A stretch of 64,000 bases of DNA from Octopus sinensis (lineage: Eukaryota), in NCBI RefSeq assembly GCF_006345805.1, contig NC_043008.1, forward strand, positions 65,348,001 through 65,412,000, read 5' to 3'. Within the stretch, counting starts at the first letter, position 1. Each line of letters begins with the position of its first letter. Position numbers and translations under genes: made by a program. Below are positions 40,710-52,590 of this stretch, in pieces. The notes under the pieces were generated by a model. The model saw nothing but the letters and a program-made list of their open reading frames with translations, did no database searches and was not told the origin of the DNA.

Positions 40710-40950
40710 CAGTGTACATTTAAACACGTAAGATGCATCCATCATAGAACTTCTTGCGTGCTAGAGAGAACAGTTATATTCCAAACCACTATTAGGGCTA
40801 AAACTTCGAAGGGAATGAAAAACATAGTAAATGCCTATATTTTTCATTCCGTTCGAAATATTATCCCTAATAGTGGCTTGGAATTTAACTATTCTCTCTC
40901 GCGTGCAAGGCGTCCAATGATGGATGCCTCACGTGTTTAAATGTACACCG
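40710..40950. mobile_element. Palindromic Tc1/mariner-type MITE with TA TSD
   Basis: TA|CAGTGTACATTTAAACACGT ... ACGTGTTTAAATGTACACCG|TA; ~110-bp imperfect arms. Confidence 0.85.
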
Positions 40951-41042
40951 TATTTATATGAAAAATTCATAGTCAATTGAAAAAAGATTTACACGCTAAG
41001 CCATTGATAATGGAAATTTTCAATATTTCTGATTACCCTTTG

Positions 41043-41104
<62 letters not shown>

Positions 41105-41108
<4 letters not shown>

Positions 41109-41261
41109 CTGCTCTGTCTGTGTGCGTGTGTGTCTTCTAGGATCTCGAGCATCTTCCATCCGATTGCGCTCAAATTTGATATATAGTTGCCGATGGTTTC
41201 AGGGCGTGTATAAGTCTTGAAAAAATTACAAAAATCGATTCCAGGTGAGAATGCGATCGAT
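41105..41261 (+). mobile_element. Helitron-like family H1, 5' portion
   Basis: Reverse complement of 1285-1435 (e.g. AATCGATTCCAGGTGAGAATGCGATCG). Confidence 0.7.
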
Positions 41262-41720
41262 AAGGCCGGCATTTTGGGTCAGCTCCATTTTTTATAAAAT
41301 TGGCTTGTGATTTGGTCTTGAGCAGATAATATGAAACCTTCACTCTCTGCTTTTAGCCATTGATGTGTATATTTCTGGTCGACATCAGCTGATTTGCTAC
41401 GGGCCACATACTTGGCATGCAGAGGTTTCTGTTCCCATCTGCTAGCTAAGTTTTCATGGGCTTTTGTCTTTGCAATTAATTTTATTTTCTTTGCAGCATC
41501 AGTTGGCGCATTTCCTTCAACCTGATCAATCTGGCAGGTAGCTAAGAGATCAGTAGCGAATTTTTTGCTCTCTTTCAGAATAGAGTGAAATTTTGTCGGT
41601 CTTTCATTTTTTTCAACAAGTTTTAGCATCCAATCGTTGGTTGTTTCGAGGTATTTGGCCAGTCCGATTATGGTGGTTTGCTTTATATACCTATTCTCAG
41701 TTTCCTTCATTCTCAAGTGC
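41262..41720 (-). mobile_element. R4/Dong-clade (RLE-type) non-LTR retrotransposon fragment
   Basis: IGLAKYLETTNDWML...WEQKPLHAKY...DVDQKYTHQWL...ESEGFILSAQDQ, then KNGADPKCR after a frameshift. This is the post-RT region leading into the zinc knuckle of R4-clade elements. Confidence 0.75.
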
Positions 41721-41795
41721 GTGTACAGTGCTTTATCTCTGCAATCTTCCATCTTACACGATCCTGACCTTCTTACTTCCAATAATAATGCCCGT

Positions 41796-41866
41796 GGGCA
41801 TATGGCGTAGTAGTTAATAGCGCAGGCTAGAAACCCAAAGGTACTGAGTTCGATTCCTGGCTGAGA

Positions 41867-41911
<45 letters not shown>

Positions 41912-41963
41912 CAACAGCAACAACAACAACAACAACAATAGCAACAACAACAACAACAACAAC

Positions 41964-42027
<64 letters not shown>

Positions 42028-42167
42028 TCGAAAATACCTTAGGAATGAGAACCCAGGTTCGAAAATTCCCCAAGACACCAAATGAAGGCTGGATGGTATA
42101 TCAGCTGAAGCGTTGTGTTAACAACAAACAAGATGAGGACAAATATCCATCAAACGTAAATAATGTA
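41796..42167 (+). mobile_element. tRNA-headed SINE with internal (AAT)n/(AAC)n tract and hammerhead-like 3' domain
   Basis: A-box TGGCGTAGTAGTT, B-box GAGTTCGATTCC, microsatellite 41871-42025, and a tail homologous to 3983-4088. Confidence 0.85.
42074..42119 (+). ncRNA. Degenerate minimal type I hammerhead ribozyme motif
   Basis: GACAC-CAAATGA-A-GGCTG...CAGCT-GAAG-CGTT-GTGTT: stem I GACAC/GTGTT and stem II pair, but the core is mutated in this copy. The second copy (3995-4042) supplies CTG and GAAA. Confidence 0.55.
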
Positions 42168-43992
42168 AACAGTTAAAATATATCGTTTCATTCGAAAAAT
42201 AGAAATAAATTTTAATGAGTATTGCTTACTCGTATATATTCCAACGCCTTGTCTGTTATTTTAGGCTCCATTTATTATATTTATTCCTAAGGTTTTGGGG
42301 TTCTCATGGCTCTTGATTTTAACTGATTGAAAGTGTACATGATTTGTCTTGGTGTAAAAGACGGGCTACAACAAATATTCCGCTCAGTTCCACAAGTTTA
42401 CTTGTCGGATACTTCTTACTCCTAATTAGTTGAACACGTGAATTAATGGCTGATAATATGTGTATCTCTAATCACGAGCAGAAGTAGTGGAGGAGTATCA
42501 CAGCTATGAATTGAGAGAGTTTTTTTGCGGATTGAATTATTATCCCCTGGAAGCATAACGGTTATTTTGGATCCCTTTGGGCAGGATGGTCTTTTCTTTG
42601 TAACGAAAATTCGATCTGGGCCACATCTGCAAGCTCACACGCTGTATATCTTGATATGAGATCACCATGCCTTGCACATTTGATTGTGATACTTGTACCT
42701 GGTGTACCCATGTCAGACTGATTGTCATGATGGGTATATTGTATCAATTTGATGGCGTGTGTTGTTCTTTCATTCAACAGCAAAAACAACAATAATAATA
42801 ATTACAAGATGAAGAAGTACAACAATGCGAACATGAGCAATGACTGCATTGTAGCAACAATGTATTTTCTAGTTTAAGATTTGTCTATGCTCGCCATTTC
42901 ATTATCTGACTGGTATATCTCCAAGGCGGCCGACGAAATAAAGTAGGGAGGAGAAATGAGGAGGAGGAGGAGAGGAGGAGGAAGAGGAGGAAATTGAGAA
43001 GGGAGGGGAGGAGGGGGGAGCTACCGATGACTACGAGGAAGACGAAGTTGATGATAAGAGTAATAATGTCAATAATAATGACAATAATTATGATGATGAT
43101 GATGATGATGATGATGATAATAATGATGATTATACTGATGATGATGATGATGATGATGATGATGACTCATCATTTTAACTATTTTAAAATTGAGAGTTCT
43201 ATGATTAAACTGTAAAACTTATATAAAAATGCACTTAAAAAAATTATGACACGAAAGTAACTTGTAAGAAATCAATACGTGATTTTAAGTCCCCGTCTAT
43301 TGGAAATATGTAGCGGCTTTATACCTATGGACAAAATATATGATATTTCATACTAAGAAATATCGTGTGTCAGATAAAGAGGTGATCTAACAAGACTGAC
43401 AACTAGAGACCAAAGAACTTTCCTATTGCAAATATGTATGTGCACGCGTTAGAAAATACGTACGTACGTTTTATATGTATAAATGTGTTCTTATAAACGT
43501 ATACATATGTGTATATATGTATATATAGTATGTGTCTGGGTGTACGTATATATACATATACTCATGTGTAAACATAATTTATGTATATAGAATATATATT
43601 TAATTCATATTATGTGTGAGAAAAAATAAGTTCAAGTACAACAATTCAAACTTTTTGAGGTGTCCAAAAAGAGGAGATATTTCTAATAAATATTCATCAT
43701 ATTCAAAAGATAGCCTTCTAGAGCAAGTTATTAAAATATGAAAATACCAAATAAAAAGTTCGTTATCGGCATGTATAAGAAAAATCTTATATAAAACACT
43801 AAAAGCAATAATATATACGTGGATGTATACATGTATATATATATGTGTGTGTATGTGTTTGTCTGTATATGTATCTATTTGCGTGTAGTGTGTGTGTGCT
43901 GTATGTGTGGCGATTGTTTTAGAAATTCCATGGGGAGACACCAGGAGAATGGGTTCAATTTTGATTCGAGTTTTGCAAGTTTCTGTTCGCAG

Positions 43993-44095
43993 AACCATAT
44001 ACTGGTTCATGTGAAGTTATGGTTTTGAAGAAAGAGAACGAGTTTCGCAAAACGGAGACGCAGTTTGAAGGTGGCGGTTATTCAGAGGTGCAAAA
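43993..44095 (+). CDS. Candidate exon (unidentified)
   Basis: Acceptor TTTCTGTTCGCAG, open frame PYTGSCEVMVLKKENEFRKTETQFEGGGYSEVQ, and donors at 44071 (GTGGCG) or 44096 (GTATGG). Confidence 0.3.
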
Positions 44096-44608
44096 GTATG
44101 GACTGTGCCCGTAATCTAACAGCGCCGTCTAAATATACTGTTCTGCTCTACCAGGGAACGTTATGAGATTATTGCCCTTCTCTGAAATGTTTTTCAACTT
44201 AGATGCAAATTTGCTTTTAAAATTATCATAGTTATTTATATTGTACTAAACTCATTTATGTCGCTCTTTAGTATATTTTACTAAAAATATCGTTTTCGGC
44301 ATATCCTACAAAATATTTATTTTTATGTCTCAAATTGGGGGTTAATACCGTACTTGTTGACTTAGTTTTCAGTAGATATTTTTCGCACAAAGAAAAACGA
44401 TTACAATATTGTTTGACTTGGTAATATTTTACGTTTCACATCTAACTTATTTGTGTTTTAACAGTGTTTCGTTCCATTGCTATGGCATGCTACACAACAT
44501 ATCTTTCATTTTATTATCTTCCATTGTGTTCCGATAATTGTAAACATTGCGTCTGCACAATATTATCGGGGACACACATTGAACTAGTATATCTATTGAT
44601 ATTTTTAG

Positions 44609-44823
44609 AGTACATCCCGGCAGTAAATGACGAGATTAGGGAACTGGCTGTAATAACAATTGTTCGTTTTATTCGACAGCAGGAAGATTATATGTCTCGA
44701 GAAAACACAAAATTATACCTTCACCATTCTTGTATAGATCTGGCAAATCCTTCAGAAGCTCCACAAAAGCTAATCTTTAATGACGTCTTTACAATTTCCT
44801 ATAATAATTCTGTTTACTACTGA
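44609..44823 (+). CDS. Candidate terminal exon with remote G-alpha-like C-terminal motifs
   Basis: Acceptor ATTTTTAG, then YIPAVNDEIRELAVITIVRFIRQQEDYMSRENTKLYLHHSCIDLANPSEAPQKLIFNDVFTISYNNSVYY-stop. The similarity was judged by eye only. Confidence 0.25.
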
Positions 44824-45156
44824 GCAAAGTCTGCATTAAAAAAATCTGAAGAAATAATGCGATTGAAGAAAAATTTAAGATTCACCTTCAAAATAGTCTG
44901 GACATTGTGAACAATTAGGAGTCGTGGGTTATAGTTTACTCATTTGTCAGATAGCTAAATGCGCGAACCGTGAACGTTTTTATTCAGAATTTTGAGCATC
45001 GTTGATGAGTGGGAATTTATCAGCAAAACAAATTCTTGAAACGAATATTTTCAGCAGAATGAACTCCACTAACTAGGACCCGGATGGCACGTTAAGCCTC
45101 AAAACATACCACTTCTATCACTCAAGAACTCGGAATGCAAAGACTGCGAGCAAATA

Positions 45157-45722
45157 TTGTGTTGTCCGGAAAGTTCGTGTCGATTTTTAAAGGAAAGAAA
45201 ACGCTCAATAAATACTTGCCATTACATTTTAAAACAACAACATATGAACCATTTTGTTGCACAATGCGTCTCTATCTTTCCTTTAACTTGAAAATACCTT
45301 CTTCCCAGAATTGAGATGGTTTCATAGCAAAGAATTTATCAAGGTATCTTTTTACGTCATCGAAGGAATTGAAATTTTTACCATTAAGACTATTCTGCAG
45401 AGACCTGAATAAGTGGAAATCCGAAGGCGCAATATCTGGTGAATATAGAGGGTGGGGTAACACATCCAAGCCGAGCTGCAGCAATTTTTGTCTGGTTCCA
45501 ATAGCATCAGGTGCCGAAAATGAACTTTCTTATCTTCCATTTTAATGGGTTACAGAATTAACACAGGTTATAGGAACACAAACCTTCTTCCACGAAAAGA
45601 TAGCTTAAACCGTGCTCTAAATGGAGGTATAGTCAAATCCTATTTTATGGACTCCACCATATTCTAAAATCAGTCGAAAGGTAAGCTACTATAAATCGGC
45701 ACGAACTTTCCGGACAACCCAA
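45157..45722 (-). mobile_element. Internally deleted mariner with intact TIRs and TA TSD
   Basis: TA|TTGTGTTGTCCGGAAAGTTCGTGTCGATTT ... AAATCGGCACGAACTTTCCGGACAACCCAA|TA. N-terminal MEDKKVHFRHLML is fused to C-terminal LPHPLYSPDIAPSDFHLFRSLQN. Confidence 0.95.
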
Positions 45723-46574
45723 TATTTATTTTCTGATTTTGTCGCCTGAGTTATGTTTTTCTATGTATGTTAATAGCTAATAATAAACAATAAGGATGTT
45801 GTTAAACTTTGTGGTTCTTCAAACAACTGGTTAATTTGTTTCGATATAGCATGACTACAGTTTGTCTAGCCTTTAAAAATCCCTCTTTATGTTACTGTAC
45901 TTCAGGACACATTGCCTTTAAACCTATATTTTCCGACAAATAATTTCATAGTTTGCATTTTTGATAAACACATTTTGGGAGCCATTTAGTATCAAACAAA
46001 CATTGAAAAAAACACACAATAAACTGACCGAGTAGATGGAAAATATAATGGAACATTATCAGTACGAAGCCATATATATGTAATTTCTATTAAGGTTTCA
46101 ATGTTAAATCTGTAACCAGTTATTTTCTTGGGAATTAGAGATTTCCTAGTGTGTTATTACATGCTACTGAGTACGAACGAAATTTTGTCCGTGTGTTACA
46201 GATGTCTACAGCTCAAAATTAGTTCTCTCGGTGGTTCGAACGTAGGATTAAGGATTGTTCGTGCACATCACAGTTACTGAATATTGGTTGGTTATCATGT
46301 ATCTGAAGTTATGTAAACATTGAGGAAGTCAAACTTGTCTGCCTTTATTAAGTTAGTCATATATTTACATTACAAGTTAAGATAAATATTCTCTTCAAAA
46401 TTTGAATAATCGAGAAATCGATTTAAATTTAGTCACAAGAAAATGTCACAGGAAGAATAAATTTTCGAAAACTAAATCTTTATATATGCTTCGCTGGCAT
46501 TGAAGTCAGTGGAGATTAACTGCAGAGAATTTAATAGACAGCATTGATTATAGTATCAAGACCGTGCTGTGTTA

Positions 46575-46599
46575 AAATGATGATGACGATGATGACGAC

Positions 46600-46668
<69 letters not shown>

Positions 46669-46736
46669 GGTGGTGGTGGTGGTGGTGGTGATGATGGTGA
46701 TGATGATGATGATGATGACGACGATGATGGTGATGA

Positions 46737-46770
<34 letters not shown>

Positions 46771-47087
46771 GGTGATGGTGACGATGATGATGATGGTGGA
46801 GGTGGTGGTGGTGGTGGTGGTGGTGATGATGATGAAGGGGTAGGCAGATAGGAGGAGCAGCAATGTACTGTGGTGGGGATGATGACGAGTAGGAGAAGGA
46901 GGAGAAGGAGAGGATTAATGAGGAGGATAATGAAGGGTACTGATGAAGAAGCGAAGTAGGATATTGAGACAATATTAGAATTAATGGTTAAAGGAAAGGT
47001 TATGAGAGAGGGAAAACCGATATTTTATACTGTTTGTGGTAGTAACGGTGGCGGTGACAGTGGTGGTGATGATAACCACGACGACGG

Positions 47088-47142
<55 letters not shown>

Positions 47143-47447
47143 GGTGGTGGTGGTGGTGATGATGATGGTGATGATGATGATGATGATGGTGATGGTGATG
47201 ATGATGATGATGATGATGATGATGAGGGTGATGATGATGATGATGATGATGATGACGACGACGACGACGATGATGGTGGTGGTGGTGGTGGTGGTGATGA
47301 TGATGCTGGTGATGATGATAATAATGATGATGATGACGGTGGTGGTGGTGCTGATGAAGATGATGATTACCTTGGCAATGGTGCTGCCGCTGTTACTGTG
47401 GCTGCTTCTACTAGTGGAAGTTATGATGGAGGTGGTGCTGCTGCAAT

Positions 47448-47484
<37 letters not shown>

Positions 47485-47545
47485 TATTATACTACTACCA
47501 CTACTACTACTACTACTACTTCTACTACTTTTCTACTACTACTAT
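46575..47545. repeat. Compound trinucleotide microsatellites (GAT)n/(GGT)n/(GAC)n/(ACT)n
   Basis: Direct observation; source of the poly-M/H/D/G ORFs. Confidence 0.95.
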
Positions 47546-47911
47546 TAGATTGTGGTTGTTATCATCACTTGACGATTATTAGGATGATTATAATGATAAC
47601 AACAGTGACGTCATCACTAACATAATGCTCGAATTGATAACCAGGAAGACGATAGTAATGATACTGAATGCAGACGATGGCAGCTGCGATGATGGCGTTA
47701 AAAATGATAATAATCATTTTATCAGGAGAATATAAAAGAAAAAGGTGAGTAAATAAGATTTAGAAATATCTAATTACGCAAGAATTTCTCGATAAACAGG
47801 ATAATACCTTATAAAGATAAAATTCTTTTGCAATAGGATCTTAAATTCATCAGAAGCCAAGACTTCAATTAAACAGCTTACAAGAAACTTTGTAAGATAT
47901 ATTATATACTT

Positions 47912-48074
47912 GTGGCTGTGTGGTAAGTAGATTGCTAACCAACCACATGGTTCCGGGTTCAGTCCTACTGCGTGGCATCTTGGGCAAAGTGTCCTCTGCT
48001 ATAGCCCCGGGCCGACCAATGCCTTGTGAGTGGATTCAGTAGACGGAAACTGAAAGAAGCCTGTTATATATATG

Positions 48075-48107
<33 letters not shown>

Positions 48108-48308
48108 TTGTGTCTGTATTTGTCCCCTTAGCATTGCTTGACAACCGATGCTGGTGTGTTTACGTCCGTGTCACTTAGTGGTTCGGCAAAAGAGACCGAT
48201 AGAATAAGTACTGGGCTTACAAAGAATAAGTCCCGGGGTCGATTTGCTCGACTAAAGCCGGGGCCCCAGCATGGCCGCAGTCAAATGACCGAAACAAATA
48301 AAAGAGTA
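47912..48308 (+). mobile_element. SINE family A (well-preserved copy)
   Basis: Complete head, body and tail motifs. Confidence 0.92.
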
Positions 48309-48379
48309 ATAGAGATCTGTATATATTTGTGTGTTTATCCTTTCCGAAAGTGGCCGTATTGTCGAAAAGACATTTTCTG

Positions 48380-48720
48380 TCAATATCTGCTATTAATAAG
48401 TCTGATACATTGTCTTCAGAAATCTATTTGTCATGTGATACAATTTCGAGAGGATTCAATACCGGTGTTATTGGGGATTCTTTCTCAATCGCTACCGCTG
48501 CTTCTCTTATAGGCTAATCATTCAGTGACAGCAAGGAACAATGGCAAACACTATTCGACACACCTCAGAATATTGTTAGAAAGAAAAATACTTCAGGGTA
48601 ATATTTGTTTTTAACATTTTCTAACATTCCTCACAAAATTAGAAGATTAATCGTAGAAGCGATAATTGTGTCGCAACACAATGCCAAAATAAACACGCTG
48701 CTAGCAACACATATACACAC
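48380..48720 (+). mobile_element. Possible decayed Penelope-like GIY-YIG endonuclease remnant
   Basis: EIYLSCDT...VIGDS followed by FLTFSNIPHKIRRLIVEAIIVSQHNAKINT, resembling the C-terminal KRxIxEAxxI...N segment of PLE GIY-YIG domains. Confidence 0.35.
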
Positions 48721-50168
48721 ACGTCAACCAATTAATACGTGGTTACAGGCAGGAAAACATAACGGTCAAATATTTGACCTCAACAACAAATAAAAGAAAG
48801 TAAAACAAGATATGACTGTTGGCATACAAGCTTAATGGGCAAAAACATTTGCCGGAAAACTGCATGAATTGAAGCACTATTTGAGTAACAATGCTAAAAC
48901 AAATACTATTCGACTCTTGAACATGAGACCGTAATGGTTTGGGAACCTCGAATGAGAAATTTAGGAAATATATTATTCTAAATCGCTGTAAAAAAATTAC
49001 TAATAAAAATATACCGAAAAACAGGAAAGGTGAAACTTGAACACAGTCATGATTTTTATGAAACGTGTATGTGTTTGAGTGTGTCTGTGAGAGTATGTGT
49101 GTATATGTATGTATGTGCGTGTGTGTGCGTGCGTATGCCTGTGTGCGTGAGTGTGCGTGAGTGTGTGTGAGTGAGTGTGTAAACATAAAGACAAACTCAG
49201 CGATTTCTATATTGATTGACTTCTCAAGCACACCACACACTCGAACAAAAATAAAACCCCACCAGCATTCCTCCCTAATTCCACGCCAAAACGTACACGG
49301 AATATAAAATCCCACACACACACGAGTAAAACCAGCTTCGATTTCATAAACAGTGGCTTCAAAAATTTACACCACTGTGATTATATCGGTTTTGTTGCAA
49401 CAGCGATTCTGCTTGAGAACTAGGTTGAGAATACAAAAGTATGCGAAATACTCTGCTATTTGCCCCCACAGTAAGATGGTACTTCCACTGACTCATCAAA
49501 TGAATTACACTACGCCATACTGTTGCCGTACCCCAAATTGTTGGAGTGATTTTTAGGGTAAGTTTGGGATGCTGAATCTTATTACCACATCAATTTTGCA
49601 GGATTGGATCTAGATTTTCATATAATCGAAGATACCATATTTAAGAAATCGCAATACATAGCCTGAAACACAATATCATTTTTATGATACACAGTAAGTG
49701 CTGAATTGGCTTTTAGGTATTATTTATTTCATATTAAATATGAATGTACATTAGAAATGTATAAATCACTTTGCCGATTACACATTAGGCTATTCCCATG
49801 TTCGTTCACGTATTTGTAGTAACTGAGGCCTTTTACGTTCACGACAGAAAATTTAAAATAATGGTTCTTTTACAGCTTCCACTGCGGCATAAAGGCAACA
49901 CAGCTTAAATCATTTTTCCTTTCGTTCATTAATGAAACCAATCAACAGAGATATTGCATACCCATGGAGGAGTCCATGATTGTGCTTCTAAGTGAGATAT
50001 TTTCTATCCTTTCCCATTAGCCACAGTTTAGTAAAATACATTTAGATTCTTCAAACAGGCTCGTCGTGATGAAGGCAAACTTCATACTCTCTCAAAAAAT
50101 AATAGAGCGTCAATTACTAAAGCTAGAAGACTATCATAATTTTAAGTTTCGATTAAAAATGAAATAAT

Positions 50169-50470
50169 AACAATTGCAGCGTGGAAGGTGTTTATAAGCC
50201 ATTTACGAAACACAAAAAAAAACGGTAGATTCACTTCAACATTTAAATTTAAGTTGTCAAAATATTTCCGTCGCTTTGAGACCGCGACCTGTTCCCTGAC
50301 AAAATATTTTCGTTGCTTTAAGATGCAGTACGAAGTTTTGTCAGGGAAGAGGTCGCGGTCTCAAAACGACGAAAATATTTTGACAAATTAAATTTAAATG
50401 TTGAAGTGAATCTAACGGTTTTTGTGTGTTTCTTAAATGGCTTATAAACACCTTCCATGCTGCAATTGTT
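50169..50470. mobile_element. Palindromic foldback/MITE-like element (~135-bp arms, 31-nt loop)
   Basis: 50169-50304 is the reverse complement of 50336-50470, with about 10 differences counted by eye. Confidence 0.85.
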
Positions 50471-50940
50471 TTCGTTCCAGCACACGATCTCAGATCAAGT
50501 CACTCGCTATGCAAGTACATATCCGTAATTAAATAATAAATTAGAGTAGTAAATATATGCAGAGCAGCAATATGTGTAGATATAAATCCTGCCAGACAAG
50601 CCGGATTATATCTTTAAAAACAACAGATTCAATGGCATTACACTAATACCAAGCAATGGAAGGGAGTACAGGACATCGCAATGGTGAGCAAATATTATTT
50701 ATTTGAGGGTAAACCATTGCATTCATGTCGTGTTCTCTGCAGTTATCAAGCTTGCCACGGGGACTTTGGTCTCTCTCTATATGTGTGTGTGTGTGCGTGT
50801 GTACATATACATATCTATGCATATATATACATATATACGAATATATATATACATATATATGTACACATACATACATATATATATATTATATATATATATA
50901 TAATATATATATATATATATACATACATACATGCATATAT

Positions 50941-50985
<45 letters not shown>

Positions 50986-50987
<2 letters not shown>

Positions 50988-51157
50988 TGCAGGAGTGACT
51001 GTGTGGTAAGTAGCTACCTTATGGCTCCGAGTTCAGTCTCACAGCGTGGCATCTTGGCCTCAGGCCGACCAAAGTCCTCAAGCCGATTTGCTCGACTAAA
51101 GGCGGTGTTCCATCATGGCCGCAGCCAAATGACTGAAACAACTAAAATAATAAAAGA
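50986..51157 (+). mobile_element. Internally deleted SINE family A
   Basis: The head is joined almost directly to the GATTTGCTCGACTAAAGGCGG tail segment. Confidence 0.85.
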
Positions 51158-51600
51158 ACACACATATATATATATTACAGAGCTCTACTCTTGGTTACTA
51201 CACTTCTCCAAACAAAATGTCTCCAATATCCAGAACTTCATTTTACGCACAGTGCTGCAATATTTGCCGTCTAAGTGTTCCACACTCGACCACATCTAAA
51301 ACTCGCCATAAAACAAGTACAATAGGACTGCGGAGAGAGAGAAAGAACATACGCACGCGAGAGAGTGAGAGGTGGGGGAGAGGGAGAAGCATTGGAGAAA
51401 GATGTGTGTGAGTGGATGCGCGAGAGCGAGAACGTGTGGCTAATATTCTTTGATATACTTTTTAAGCAAATAATCATATTAAGGAATTACAAAGATAATG
51501 CATAAATTTTTACACATATACATTGATGCATATATATATATATATATATATGTATAAATATTTATATATATATATATATATAAATGTACATATATATATT

Positions 51601-51646
<46 letters not shown>

Positions 51647-52373
51647 ATACATATTTACACATATATATACACATATGTATACGTTCATATATTTGTAAAT
51701 ATAAGGATATTATATATGTGTGTGTTTGTATGCGTTTATATGACTATATATATGAACACAGTCGCATATATATATGTATGTATATATTTATATATATATA
51801 TGTCAGTGTGTGTATGTACTTATGTATGTATTTATGTATCACCCACTCACACACATAAAATAGGAGTAAAAGAGAGAAAAGAAAACACAATGTGCTTAGG
51901 AGTCTGTTTATGGAAATGGATCAGAATGCAAGATTTGGTAACTGAATCAGCGAAATGTAATCCCCTTAGTTTGATAAAGTTAATATTCCCAAAATAAAAT
52001 AGAATACCTTATAAGAAAAAATGCAACGTTTCTCTGTTTGTGTTTTAAATTTTAAAAACAAACAATATTCCCTGTAGTGCAAAATGTATATATTTTTAAA
52101 GGGGAAAGTACGCTATACGGACTAACACAACGCTTATACTCACACACACACATACACACACGCACATACACACAGTCAAATATAAATATATAGATATATA
52201 TATATATTATGTATGTATAAATATGCATATATACATAAACACATACATACAGATATATATATATATATACATATATATATATTATGTATGTATAAATATG
52301 CATATATACATAAACACATACATACATATATATATACATACATATATATATATACATACATACATGCATATAT

Positions 52374-52418
<45 letters not shown>

Positions 52419-52420
<2 letters not shown>

Positions 52421-52590
52421 TGCAGGAGTGACTGTGTGGTAAGTAGCTACCTTATGGCTCCGAGTTCAGTCTCACAGCGTGGCATCTTGGCCTCAGGCCG
52501 ACCAAAGTCCTCAAGCCGATTTGCTCGACTAAAGGCGGTGTTCCATCATGGCCGCAGCCAAATGACTGAAACAACTAAAATAATAAAAGA
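52419..52590 (+). mobile_element. Internally deleted SINE family A (duplicate of 50986)
   Basis: Same sequence as 50986-51157. Confidence 0.85.

Noticed and set aside
41279-42073. 264-aa ORF as a single protein
   Set aside because: It is a chance read-through from the antisense SINE and its microsatellite into the R4 fragment; only the C-terminal part is real TE coding sequence.
46531-47625. Poly-His, poly-Asp/Gly and poly-Met ORFs resembling acidic or metal-binding proteins
   Set aside because: Pure (GAT)/(GGT) tandem repeats open in several frames on both strands, with no flanking coding signal.
50336-50380. Hammerhead-like reading of CAGGGAAGAG...CTC-AAAA-CG in the foldback arm
   Set aside because: Neither arm has CUGANGA or GAAA, and stem II would have to borrow core bases.
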